The notes: generated by a model not told the origin, from the letters alone. DNA of 24,000 nucleotides from Candidatus Hermodarchaeota archaeon (GCA_016840065.1 JAEOTB010000078.1:1-24000), one strand, 5' to 3'. Shown: positions 7,144-16,067, counted from the stretch's first letter. Translations and numbers: made by a program.

Positions 7144-8769
7144 TCACTCTAACCGCTTGACCACATAGGGTCCTTCAGATTCATAGCCGTAGCGACGATA
7201 ATACTGTCGGACACCAATGCCGCTTGTGCATACAATGCGACGGGAACCCTGATTCCGTGCATATTCCTCTGCAGCAGTAAGAAGATGTTCTCCAAGCCCA
7301 CGATGTTGCCATGCATCTCCAGATTTTCTACCCATTTCAGCTACTAGTCCAAAGACATGCAACTCCCTAAGCAAGGCCGCATCTAGACCCTGGATTTCGG
7401 ACCGATGAGTATCATCACTGGGAATTCGTAAGCGGAGATACCCTACTAGCATGTCCAATTCAGGCTCTTCGAAAGAGAAGAAGATTTCAGTTCCGTTTGA
7501 AGCGGAGAACTCGTCAACACGGAGTTCCAATGCTTCAATGTCGAGAATCGAACTACACAGGAACTTGGTACGCGCTTTGTAGCCAGCCTCCCTATAACGA
7601 ATTGTGCGAATTGGATAGCCTTTCTCCTCAGCTCTCCGGAAGACAAGCTGAGTCAAGTTACCTGCGTTAGGTCCAGCAACAATGAGGCTTCTAGGTATAT
7701 CTCGTTGCATTCTCTGAATTCGTACATAATGGGGTATGTGCGGCATTGCTTCCGCGAGGAGGTCAACTACCTGTTCGGTTGAATAAGGTGAATATTCACC
7801 TTTTCGCCATATCTCAAACAATTCACTCCCACGTAACACAAGGCAGGGATAGATTTTGAGTAAATCGGGTTTAAACTCTTGACGCCGGAATAATGTCTTG
7901 AACATTTGGAGATCACGTTCTAGAGAAGCATCCAGTGAATCAGATATTCCAGAAAAATTATTCAATCCTGGCATGATGTGGTAACAAATTTTGAGACCTG
8001 CATCTCGAGCTATCTGAGTAGCATCAATCACACTCGAGATGGTGTGTCCACGCTGTATACGTTCGTAGACATCGTTGTAGATGGTTTGGACTCCGATTTC
8101 TACGCGTGTAGCACCGAGTGACAGCATCATATCAACATGATTTGTGCTGCAGTAATCAGACCTAGTTTCTATTGTTATCCCCACAGGTCTAACGGGACCC
8201 ACTTCTGCCCATCTTGTAGCTTCTTCTATACTAGAGGCATCCCTTCCATTCATGGCATCAAAGCATCGTTTCATAAAGGCGTGTTGATAAACCTCAGGGG
8301 CGGAGAGGAAGGTGCCGCCCATCACGATTAATTCAATTTTGTCCGTACTGTGCCCCATATCTCGTAGCTGCTCTAGACGGTTGGCTACCTGGCGATAAGC
8401 ATCAAACTCGTTTTGTCTCGCTCGAAGGGTCGCCGGTTCTTCCCCTACGTACGCCTTCGGTGCCGTAGGCAAATTTGTCGGACAATAGATGCACTGCCCT
8501 GGACACTTCATTGGTTTTGCCATGACAGCGACTATGGCGACTCCTGAGAGTGTTCGAGTTGGTTTCTTTCGTAGAACTTTGACGACTACACGTTTTTCCT
8601 CTTCGGTAGCAAAGGAAAGAATCTCAACATCAGAGGGGAATCGGGGTAAATGGTAACGTCTACAAAGGCGTCGTTTTAATTTCTGGAGTTCCTCTTTGTT
8701 ACCAACACGACCTTTCAGTACTTCACGAATTATTGCTTTCGCTACCTGCTGCAATTCAGCATTCACCAT
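7144..8769 (-). CDS. elp3: Elp3-family radical-SAM/GNAT tRNA modification enzyme
   Basis: 541 aa. The radical-SAM cluster motif is CPGQCIYCP. The C-terminal GNAT motif is WQHRGLGEHLL. The length is typical of archaeal Elp3. Confidence 0.92.
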   Translation of the reverse strand: MVNAELQQVAKAIIREVLKGRVGNKEELQKLKRRLCRRYHLPRFPSDVEILSFATEEEKRVVVKVLRKKPTRTLSGVAIVAVMAKPMKCPGQCIYCPTNLPTAPKAYVGEEPATLRARQNEFDAYRQVANRLEQLRDMGHSTDKIELIVMGGTFLSAPEVYQHAFMKRCFDAMNGRDASSIEEATRWAEVGPVRPVGITIETRSDYCSTNHVDMMLSLGATRVEIGVQTIYNDVYERIQRGHTISSVIDATQIARDAGLKICYHIMPGLNNFSGISDSLDASLERDLQMFKTLFRRQEFKPDLLKIYPCLVLRGSELFEIWRKGEYSPYSTEQVVDLLAEAMPHIPHYVRIQRMQRDIPRSLIVAGPNAGNLTQLVFRRAEEKGYPIRTIRYREAGYKARTKFLCSSILDIEALELRVDEFSASNGTEIFFSFEEPELDMLVGYLRLRIPSDDTHRSEIQGLDAALLRELHVFGLVAEMGRKSGDAWQHRGLGEHLLTAAEEYARNQGSRRIVCTSGIGVRQYYRRYGYESEGPYVVKRLE

Positions 8770-8838
8770 TAAGATTTGAAGCCTCTTGTAGAGAAAGAAA
8801 AACTGCGATAGTACCGAGTGGGCTGCTACTTCGTACCT

Positions 8839-9021
8839 CTATCTTCTTCTCATTCGTTCGGGTTTAGGTTGACCTACTGCTACATCTTCAAGAACTCTTT
8901 TGATGTAGTTGCGTCGGTTTCGTAGCCGAGGAATAGGAGTTCGGCGTACCTTTCCTTTAACCTTGGGAGTTTGACTCCTTACCTTACCAGCTTTAGTTAA
9001 AGATCCGTGGGAGCCTGGCAT
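8839..9021 (-). CDS. rps30e: Ribosomal protein eS30
   Basis: 60 aa and very basic. HGSLTKAGKVRSQTPKV matches the eS30 signature. Confidence 0.88.
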   Translation of the reverse strand: MPGSHGSLTKAGKVRSQTPKVKGKVRRTPIPRLRNRRNYIKRVLEDVAVGQPKPERMRRR

Positions 9022-9135
9022 ATTTCATCACTACCTCGGTGTTTACTCGTCAAGCTTTAAGGATTTCCGTTTTATCCACAGTAGGAAGTTTTTTACCATA
9101 GATTTGGTTGGTAGGATTCGTTTGGTGTATAATTA

Positions 9136-10389
9136 ATGGACGTAGTCCTAGTTCTGAGTTTTCACGGAGTATGCTGTGTAGACGAACACATGAACCTCAT
9201 CACCAAAGTCAAGTTTAGTGAAGAGGTTGACGAAGCTTCTGCAAGTATTGAAAGAATTCTTAATGGTGAAAGGGATCCTGTTCTAGAGGAATTCTTCACC
9301 CGATTAGCCGAGAAGAACATAACACGGCTATTAGTTGAGTCAAGGCACTTGGCTGAGGAAATGGCACGAGTCTATGGGATCAAAACTGTTCACTCAGAGG
9401 ACATTGTTTTATGGCGCAAAGTTAGAAGCAAGCTTCTATCACCACTTGTAACCTCTAAACATCGCCAGCTACTCAGAGAAATCGCCTTGGAAATTTCAAG
9501 AAGTGCAATCCGAGAAGCTTCAGAGCGAAAGGATCAGTTAATCATACAAGCAATGGGTACGTTAGACGAAATCGAGAGAACATTGAACCTCTTCATATCG
9601 AGGCTCCGCGAATATTATGGTCTGCACTTTCCTGAAGCTGCACAGCGTCTAGAAAACGCGCACAGTCTTGTACGACTTATAGTTGAAGGGGGACAACGCG
9701 CTTCTATCCGTGAGAATGCGGAATTAATGGCGACGCTACCGAAAACAACAAGAAAAACGCTTACAGCACAGCAATCAATGGGCGCTAAGATTGGTGCCTC
9801 AGATATAGCGATTATTCAGAGATTAGCACAACAGTACATCAACCTCCACAATTATAGAGAACAAATAGAAAAATACTTAGACAAAGCGATGCAAGAAGTA
9901 GCCATTAACCTTAGAGGCCTAATTGGCCCAATTTTAGGAGCTAGACTAATCAGTTCGGCGGGAAGTATTGAGAAACTCGCACGACTTCCAGCAAGCACGA
10001 TTCAAGTTCTTGGCGCAGAAAAAGCACTCTTTCGGGCACTAAAAACTGGAGCTCGCCCCCCCAAACATGGTGTCATCTTTCAGCATACCTTAATTCATTC
10101 TGCACCTTGGTGGCAACGAGGTAAAATCGCGAGAGTATTGGCAGGTAAAATTGCTATTGCAGCACGGATTGATTTCTACGGTGGACAGTATCTAGCAGAG
10201 GAACTGAAACATAGTGTCACTAAACGGATAGAGGAAATTAGGAGGAAATACCCAACAGGGCCAAAGGAAAGGAAGATTGAGGGGAAGCCTCACAGACAAC
10301 AACGGGCACCTTCTAGGAGGAAAAGATACTCTCAAAAGACTGGTCCCAAAAGACGTCCGGCACGAGAAAAGAGGAGGGCAGAACGTTGA
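9136..10389 (+). CDS. nop5: Nop5 (Nop56/58), the C/D box RNP scaffold protein
   Basis: 417 aa. The Nop domain contains AEKALFRALKTGARPPKHGVIFQH. The C-terminal tail is Lys/Arg-rich. The gene directly precedes fibrillarin. Confidence 0.95.
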   Translation: MDVVLVLSFHGVCCVDEHMNLITKVKFSEEVDEASASIERILNGERDPVLEEFFTRLAEKNITRLLVESRHLAEEMARVYGIKTVHSEDIVLWRKVRSKLLSPLVTSKHRQLLREIALEISRSAIREASERKDQLIIQAMGTLDEIERTLNLFISRLREYYGLHFPEAAQRLENAHSLVRLIVEGGQRASIRENAELMATLPKTTRKTLTAQQSMGAKIGASDIAIIQRLAQQYINLHNYREQIEKYLDKAMQEVAINLRGLIGPILGARLISSAGSIEKLARLPASTIQVLGAEKALFRALKTGARPPKHGVIFQHTLIHSAPWWQRGKIARVLAGKIAIAARIDFYGGQYLAEELKHSVTKRIEEIRRKYPTGPKERKIEGKPHRQQRAPSRRKRYSQKTGPKRRPAREKRRAER

Positions 10390-11090
10390 CTCGAATCCGC
10401 GCAGACCCGAAGCGTCAACAGCTTCATTGGATTCGTTTCGATGACGGGGTAGAACGCCCCGTTACTGTGAGTCTTTCAAGTGGAACGCTAGTATACGGTG
10501 AACAAGTAATTTCTGAGGAGGGAAGAGAATTGAGGGTGTGGGATCCCTACAGAAGTAAGCTAGCAGCATCACTTGTTCATGGGCTATCAGTATTCGCCTT
10601 CTCAAAGGGAGTAAGTGTACTCTATCTTGGCGCTTCATCAGGAACAACGGCTAGCCATGTCTCTGACCTTGTTGGTGATGAAGGGATTGTATATTGTGTC
10701 GAGTTCGCGCCGCGCGTCATGCGAAATCTCATCCAAGTATGCACAACACGAGAGAATATGGTCCCTATTCTAGCCGATGCTCATCACCCAGAAGACTACA
10801 TGCAGATACCGGAATTGGTAGATATTATCTACCAAGATGTTGCTCAGCCAGATCAAGCCGAGATTCTCATTACAAATGCAAAACGGTTCTTAAAGCCTGG
10901 AGGTACAGCCTATATAGCTGTGAAGGCAAGGAGCATTGATGTAGTAGCCAAACCAAGCGATGTCTTCCTGAAAGAGGAACAAAAACTAAAAAACGCAGGA
11001 TTCACAATCGTGGATCGTATTAGTCTAGAACCTTTCTCCAGCGACCATATTTTTATTAGCATGATTTTTAGCGGCGATATAATTGACTAA
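10386..11090 (+). CDS. flpA: Fibrillarin-like rRNA/tRNA 2'-O-methyltransferase
   Basis: 234 aa with RVWDPYRSKLAA and the SAM motif VLYLGASSGTTASHVSD. The TTG start overlaps the nop5 stop (TTGA). Confidence 0.96.
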   Translation: MTRIRADPKRQQLHWIRFDDGVERPVTVSLSSGTLVYGEQVISEEGRELRVWDPYRSKLAASLVHGLSVFAFSKGVSVLYLGASSGTTASHVSDLVGDEGIVYCVEFAPRVMRNLIQVCTTRENMVPILADAHHPEDYMQIPELVDIIYQDVAQPDQAEILITNAKRFLKPGGTAYIAVKARSIDVVAKPSDVFLKEEQKLKNAGFTIVDRISLEPFSSDHIFISMIFSGDIID

Positions 11091-11517
11091 ATTCTCTGGT
11101 TTTCTTTCTCAACTTGAACGCGAAGTAGCACAGCTAAATAATCACATGCCGCGAACTAAGAAACCCTTAGAACAATTACTGATAGAGCAGAAGCCTTCAT
11201 TTCTTACTCGAGACGGACAGATAAGCACTATTCGAAGAGAAGAGTTAGAGCAACTAGCAGAACTGGTACCGCAGAGACTTCATTCAATGATTATGCTTCC
11301 CTTTACTATTCTTCGACGTACGTCATTAGGCCCAGGTGCTCATACAATTGGCGGTACAAAACTTGAACAATTCACAGCACTTCGAATCATCAATAAGGTC
11401 ACAGCCACCTTCGAAGTTTGGCGCGAGGTTTCACTTCCCAAATACCTTTATCCACCCGAGATATCACTTCTAAGAAGAAAAATGCCTACAATAACAACTT
11501 TAGGATTCGGCTTGTAA
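11083..11517 (+). CDS. Conserved archaeal protein of unknown function, DUF61/UPF0216-like
   Basis: 144 aa. The TTG start overlaps the flpA stop by 8 nt. The C-terminal LYPPEISLLRRKMPTITTLGF resembles the DUF61 signature as I recall it. This is unverified. Confidence 0.55.
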   Translation: MTKFSGFLSQLEREVAQLNNHMPRTKKPLEQLLIEQKPSFLTRDGQISTIRREELEQLAELVPQRLHSMIMLPFTILRRTSLGPGAHTIGGTKLEQFTALRIINKVTATFEVWREVSLPKYLYPPEISLLRRKMPTITTLGFGL

Positions 11518-11518
11518 T

Positions 11519-12481
11519 ATGTCGGTACGAGAGAAATATCAAGAAGAAATCCGGGAAGTTATAGGTACTGCTGTTCGAAACCACGCAACGTCATTTAACC
11601 ACAATTACTGTTTCGATTCAATAATCAGTGATGAAGACGAGAAAATCCGAATCGTCATCAAGTTTAGCAACACAATTGATAATGTATGGCCTGAGGCACT
11701 ACTGGAACTACGAAGGATAGGATATATCCTACGTTGTACTCCTTTGATTGTAGGAGAACGGACACGCAAGCAACCAATTCAGGATGGTATTGTTTACTCT
11801 CGGGGAGATGTTGCGGCGATTAACCTAGCAACGTTGCAACAAATGCTTGTTGAAAAGATTCTACCCTATATGAGGACGCGAAAGGGAGGGATCTATGTAA
11901 AGCTTGACTGCAAACAGTTGAGAGAGCAGCGCGAAGCTAGAAATCTTTCGCGAGGATATGTAGCTGGAGAAGTTGGGGTTTCAAGGCGGGCAATCTATGA
12001 ATATGAAAGAGGGATGATGAATCCTACAGTTGAAATTGCGATACGTCTTGAAGAGTTATTAGAGACTAAATTAATTGAACCGATTAATCCTCTGAAATTC
12101 GATACCACTACTCAAGATGATTCAACGATTAGTGATTCGGAAAAGACAACGCAACTTTCTCAAGAAGTAGATTTAATGTTTTCACGGTTAGGCCTTGATT
12201 CCACCGCAACTTCAGAAGCGCCCTTTGATATGCTAACATCACTTCAAAGCAGTGTTGTACTGAGCTGTTTGAAACAGAGTATCAAATTGATAGACAATCG
12301 TCGACTGATATTCCTTGCTAGGCTATCAGAGGTTCTTAAGGAACATCCAGTGATTATTACTTCTGAGCAAACCAGTACTAAATCAAAAGATGGAATCCCA
12401 GTAGTTACTATCAAAGAACTAATGTCCATCCAAAATCCGAACGAACTTATTTCGATGATTCAGGAGCGCCGAGGAACCTAA
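11519..12481 (+). CDS. Putative HTH-type (Xre/cro-C1) transcriptional regulator of the conserved archaeal approximately 320-aa family
   Basis: 320 aa with a central helix-turn-helix, LSRGYVAGEVGVSRRAIYEYERG. The ATG lies 1 nt after the preceding stop. The architecture matches the archaeal COG1395-like family. Confidence 0.72.
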   Translation: MSVREKYQEEIREVIGTAVRNHATSFNHNYCFDSIISDEDEKIRIVIKFSNTIDNVWPEALLELRRIGYILRCTPLIVGERTRKQPIQDGIVYSRGDVAAINLATLQQMLVEKILPYMRTRKGGIYVKLDCKQLREQREARNLSRGYVAGEVGVSRRAIYEYERGMMNPTVEIAIRLEELLETKLIEPINPLKFDTTTQDDSTISDSEKTTQLSQEVDLMFSRLGLDSTATSEAPFDMLTSLQSSVVLSCLKQSIKLIDNRRLIFLARLSEVLKEHPVIITSEQTSTKSKDGIPVVTIKELMSIQNPNELISMIQERRGT

Positions 12482-12482
12482 T

Positions 12483-13667
12483 GTGTTCGAGCAATACAAA
12501 GAGGGGCAGGTGACCTTTCTCAGTCCACGGATTCAGAAGGTTCCAACAACGAGTATGCCTGTTTTCTACAATCCACAATCAGAACTAAACAGGGACATTA
12601 CTATCAGCGCAATCCAAGCTTTCCTAAACAGTCATGGAAAAATGGAAGCAAGAGTATGTACACCTCTTGCAGGGACTGGAATACGTGCTGTTCGTATTGC
12701 AAAAGAGGTGGATGGAATCAAATGCGTAGTTGCAGGTGATTGTAACCCAAATGCTGCCGAACTCGTCAAGAGAAATTCGGAATTAAACAAGGTTTCTGAG
12801 ATTATAGAAGTTCATCATAGTGATGCCAATCTTCTACTAACTCAACACCATCGACATAAACTAAGATTCGATGTTATAGACATCGACCCATTTGGTTCAC
12901 CGCGTAGTTTCCTAGCAGCTGCAATTGGAGCACTGAAATCACCGAGTCTTCTATGTTTGACAGCAACAGATATGCCTGTTCTAGTGGGTATTCGTCCTAG
13001 GGCTTGTGTTAAGCGATACGCTGCAAGACCTGCTAGAACAGATTATGGACACGAACACGCTATCCGTCTACTTCTAGGGTGCGCTGTTCGTGAAGCTGCG
13101 TCCCAAGATATTGGACTCAAGCCTTTACTCGCAATCTATGCCGATCATTACATACGAGTTTTTTGTGAAGCTTCGAAGGGTGATGACGAGACATGGACTG
13201 CAGTTTCTCAACTAGGCCATCTCCTACATTGCGATGAATGTGGCTTCCGTAGTTTAGCTAGCACAATACAGCTTTTTCAATCATCATGTCCTGAGTGTAA
13301 TTCAGCAAGAACCCAGCGAGCTGGCCCGCTTTGGGCAAAACACCTTGGAAGTCGTGATTTCATTGACGCAACTCTACAGCAGGTGCTTCGAAAACCTCTA
13401 GGAACAAAACGGCGGCTGACTCGCTTACTCCAACGTTTACTGGAAGAACTGGACGGTCCTCCCATGTATTTTGATCTTCACAAGCTTTGTGATGAGCTTG
13501 AGATACCAATTCCTTCACACAAGACCATCATTGATGCTATTCGAGCAAAAGGCTTGTTCTGTTCACGTACCCATTTCTCACCACACGCAATTCGCACCAG
13601 TGCTTCTGCGCGATTACTTCGTCAGATACTTCTGCACTGCACAAAAGGAGAACAACATCATGTCTAG
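12483..13667 (+). CDS. trm1: tRNA (guanine26-N2)-dimethyltransferase Trm1
   Basis: 394 aa with PVFYNPQSELNRD, LAGTGIRAVR and DIDPFGSP, plus a Cys4 cluster (CDECG...CPECN). The GTG start lies 1 nt after the preceding stop. Confidence 0.92.
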   Translation: MFEQYKEGQVTFLSPRIQKVPTTSMPVFYNPQSELNRDITISAIQAFLNSHGKMEARVCTPLAGTGIRAVRIAKEVDGIKCVVAGDCNPNAAELVKRNSELNKVSEIIEVHHSDANLLLTQHHRHKLRFDVIDIDPFGSPRSFLAAAIGALKSPSLLCLTATDMPVLVGIRPRACVKRYAARPARTDYGHEHAIRLLLGCAVREAASQDIGLKPLLAIYADHYIRVFCEASKGDDETWTAVSQLGHLLHCDECGFRSLASTIQLFQSSCPECNSARTQRAGPLWAKHLGSRDFIDATLQQVLRKPLGTKRRLTRLLQRLLEELDGPPMYFDLHKLCDELEIPIPSHKTIIDAIRAKGLFCSRTHFSPHAIRTSASARLLRQILLHCTKGEQHHV

Positions 13668-14271
13668 ATGGGATAGACGAGAGCACTTTCGGAGACAAGC
13701 CCGAGAAAGAGGTTACCGCGCTCGAGCAGCCTATAAACTTCTAGAGATAGAGAAGCGATTCAAAATACTGCAAGGTGCTAAAAGAGTAGTCGACCTTTGT
13801 TGTGCTCCAGGCAGTTGGTTACAAGTGGTTACTCAGCACTGTAAAGAAACCGATGCCAAAATAATAGGCGTGGATACTGCTCCTACGAAACCAGTAAAGG
13901 ATGAAAAGCTTATCAAATGTTCAATCGATACACCCGACCTCGCCTCCCGTATTCGAGAGCAACTAGATGGATTGGCTGACTTGGTACTAAGTGACTGTTC
14001 ACCTAAATTATCTGGTAATAAGACGCTTGACCGTGAACGGCAATGGTATTTAGCAAAGAAAAGTTTCGAACTGGCTCGCGAGATATTGATTCAACGCGGA
14101 CACTTCGTAACAAAGATATTTCAATCTGAGCATACTCAAGACCTGGTATTAGCTGCCAAATCTTGTTTTGATTTTGTTAGAATATTCAAACCAAAAGCTT
14201 CACTTCAGAGGAGCCCAGAGATTTATCTAATTGCAAAATACTTCCGAGTAGCGCCCATTAAACAGGATTGA
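13660..14271 (+). CDS. rlmE: FtsJ/RlmE-type 23S rRNA 2'-O-ribose methyltransferase
   Basis: The ATG at 13660 is preceded by AAGGAG (13645-13650). The protein begins MSRWDRREHFRRQARERGYRARAAYKLLEI and carries the SAM motif DLCCAPGSW. The track start at 13471 lies inside trm1 in another frame. Confidence 0.9.
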   Translation: MSRWDRREHFRRQARERGYRARAAYKLLEIEKRFKILQGAKRVVDLCCAPGSWLQVVTQHCKETDAKIIGVDTAPTKPVKDEKLIKCSIDTPDLASRIREQLDGLADLVLSDCSPKLSGNKTLDRERQWYLAKKSFELAREILIQRGHFVTKIFQSEHTQDLVLAAKSCFDFVRIFKPKASLQRSPEIYLIAKYFRVAPIKQD

Positions 14272-14593
14272 GGCGCTCTGCAAGCCACGTGTTTAACTTG
14301 ACGCAGTACCAAGAAGTTATTGGTTGCCCTTCGCCACACTGCTCAATCTCTTTGCAAGTGAAACAAGGACACCCTTTGAGTGTGTTCCATTCGGGGTTCT
14401 CTTGCCAAACAAGTCTAGTCACTAAGGCGCCATTATGTTGGTCTTCAACTTCCTTGACGTGTCCCTGCCTCTTCAAAGACTCAACCATATTTCTAACATC
14501 GGAGGCGCTTTGTTCTAATTCTTGAACTAGCTCCGAGAGGAGGAGGCCTGTTCTTCCTGCCTCTTTTAGAAGAGCGATTGCACGAGATTCCAT
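14258..14593 (-). CDS. Small winged-helix protein with a C-terminal Cys cluster, TFE-beta / RNAP III Rpc34-like
   Basis: 111 aa. The N-terminal winged helix reads AIALLKEAGRTGLLLSELVQEL...VRNMVESLKRQGHVKEV. The C-terminal segment GCPCFTCKEIEQCGEGQPITSWYCVKLNTWL resembles the PC..C...C......C.....WL Fe-S motif of Rpc34/TFE-beta as I recall it. Confidence 0.5.
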   Translation of the reverse strand: MESRAIALLKEAGRTGLLLSELVQELEQSASDVRNMVESLKRQGHVKEVEDQHNGALVTRLVWQENPEWNTLKGCPCFTCKEIEQCGEGQPITSWYCVKLNTWLAERLNPV

Positions 14594-14618
14594 TATTCAC
14601 TTGAAAGGTGGTATCACT

Positions 14619-14630
14619 GGATAAAAAATC
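14619..14630 (-). promoter_or_regulatory. TATA box for the TFE-beta-like gene
   Basis: On the minus strand, GATTTTTTATCC is preceded by the purine-rich GAAA. Its centre lies about 32 nt upstream of the ATG at 14593, which implies a very short leader. Confidence 0.45.
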
Positions 14631-14650
14631 TTTCAGTAGAACTAATCGCG

Positions 14651-14683
14651 AAAAAGAGGAGCGGGGGGCGATACTATCGCCCC
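14651..14683 (-). terminator. tfb terminator-like hairpin plus T-tract
   Basis: On the minus strand, 10 nt after the tfb TAA, there is a perfect GC-rich 8-bp stem, GGGGCGAT-agt-ATCGCCCC (14665-14683). TTTTT follows at 14651-14655. Confidence 0.5.
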
Positions 14684-14692
14684 AAGGACAAG

Positions 14693-15595
14693 TTATAGGG
14701 GGACTTCGAGTTCTAGTTTCTCCACTAGTTCTTTGTATCGATTACGAACAGTTACTTCTGTTACTCGCGCTACAGCTGCAACTTCGCGTTGTGTACGACG
14801 TGAGTTCTCAAGAACACTTGCTACATAGATAGCAGCAGCAGCCACCCCAGTTGGACCACGTCCACTTGTGAGCCCTTTGATTGCAGCCATTTTTAGGATT
14901 TTTACTGCGTGTGCTTGAACCTTACCGACGAGTTTGAGTTCGCTAACGAAGCGGGGAACATAGTCGATTGGCGAGGTGGGTGGAATTGACAGCTGAAGTT
15001 CACGAGCGATAAATCGATAGCTTCGACCGATTTCCTTCTTACCCACTCGTGATACTTCCGCGACTTCATCTAGAGTTCGGGGAATCCTAGATTGTCGGCA
15101 TGAAGCGTAAAGGGCTGCTGCAGCAACACCTTCAATTGATCGACCACGAATAAGACGCTGTTCTACTGCACGTCGATAGAGCATTGCTGCAATTTCACGA
15201 ACCGTTCTCGGAAGACCTAGGCTTGATGCCATACGATCAAGTTCGGATAAAGCATATGCAAGATTCCGCTCTGTCGCATCAGATACACGAATCCTACGTT
15301 GCCATTTACGAAGCCTGTAAATTTGGGCACGGCGTTTGGGGGCAAGGTCCTTTCCGTAGCTGTCACGGTTCCGCCAGTCAATCATTGTCGATAACCCCTT
15401 GTCATGAATTGTATATGTCAGGGGTGCGCCAACTCTAGCGCGTTTCTCTCGTTGCTCTTGATCAAAAGCCCGCCACTCAGGACCCTCATCGATGATGCGA
15501 TCTGTTAGGACTAACCCGCAGTTTCTGCAGACGATTTCAGCTCTCTGATAATCCTTTACTAACTTGTCATCGCCGCAGTCTGGGCAAAGCGATAT
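14693..15595 (-). CDS. tfb: Transcription initiation factor B (TFB), full length only if translation starts at a non-canonical codon
   Basis: The track ORF (14693-15385) holds the two cyclin folds. The same frame stays open upstream to 15622. That stretch encodes [69 protein letters not shown], which is the zinc ribbon, B-reader and B-linker. No ATG, GTG or TTG exists in that stretch. ATA at 15595 is the best-placed near-cognate codon and gives 300 aa. Confidence 0.9.
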   Translation of the reverse strand: MSLCPDCGDDKLVKDYQRAEIVCRNCGLVLTDRIIDEGPEWRAFDQEQREKRARVGAPLTYTIHDKGLSTMIDWRNRDSYGKDLAPKRRAQIYRLRKWQRRIRVSDATERNLAYALSELDRMASSLGLPRTVREIAAMLYRRAVEQRLIRGRSIEGVAAAALYASCRQSRIPRTLDEVAEVSRVGKKEIGRSYRFIARELQLSIPPTSPIDYVPRFVSELKLVGKVQAHAVKILKMAAIKGLTSGRGPTGVAAAAIYVASVLENSRRTQREVAAVARVTEVTVRNRYKELVEKLELEVPL

Positions 15596-15606
15596 TGTGG
15601 GAGCAC

Positions 15607-15879
15607 TTACTTCTTTCGTCGTTTACTTCTGCCTCCTCTGGACTTGGCCTTCGCCTGGAAAAGAGCCGACCCTGGAGGCAATGAATCCACAGTGATTTGT
15701 GACTCTGGTTTTATAGATGCAAATGGTCTACTAATAGGTCCGAAAATGTCTATTATAGTTCCAACTAGTTTCGATTTAGTTGTGTATAGCCGTGTGCCTA
15801 GGCGGATAGCTTGTTTTACCCGCGCAATAATATGACCTTGCGCAGAGAAATGTAAAACCGCGCCTATTTGAAGCAGCAT
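15607..15879 (-). CDS. gar1: H/ACA RNP protein Gar1
   Basis: 90 aa. The barrel core reads GHIIARV...RLGTRLYT...[21 protein letters not shown] and the tail is basic. AGGAG lies 7 nt upstream of the ATG. The gar1-tfb linkage is common in archaea. Confidence 0.85.
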   Translation of the reverse strand: MLLQIGAVLHFSAQGHIIARVKQAIRLGTRLYTTKSKLVGTIIDIFGPISRPFASIKPESQITVDSLPPGSALFQAKAKSRGGRSKRRKK

Positions 15880-15999
15880 ATCGACTCCTGGGAGGCGAAG
15901 ATCTGGTTGGGATAGAAGATTGGAACCGCACTGTCTCTTAAAAAGGTTTTCTTGCTTTTCTATCGCGAAGCATTGTCTTTACACTATGTTCTCTACCAC

Positions 16000-16034
16000 A
16001 CTCGATTCGTGTTTACTTATCCGAAAAATCGAGT
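16000..16034. other. Inverted repeat in the 188-nt srp19-gar1 spacer
   Basis: ACTCGATT (16000-16007) pairs with AATCGAGT (16027-16034) around a 19-nt loop. It could be the srp19 terminator or part of a small RNA. Confidence 0.3.
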
Positions 16035-16067
16035 CTAATACCTGAAAAGGTCTAGGTTTTCAGTTCT

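Noticed and set aside
13471-13659. A 63-codon N-terminal extension of the rlmE ORF.
   Set aside because: It overlaps trm1 in another frame and has no FtsJ similarity. The conserved RlmE N-terminus begins at ATG 13660, which has an AAGGAG RBS.
14693-15385. The track's version of TFB, starting at Met 15385 (230 aa).
   Set aside because: It would lack the zinc ribbon, B-reader and B-linker. These are encoded in the same open frame immediately upstream, so the real gene extends to about 15595.
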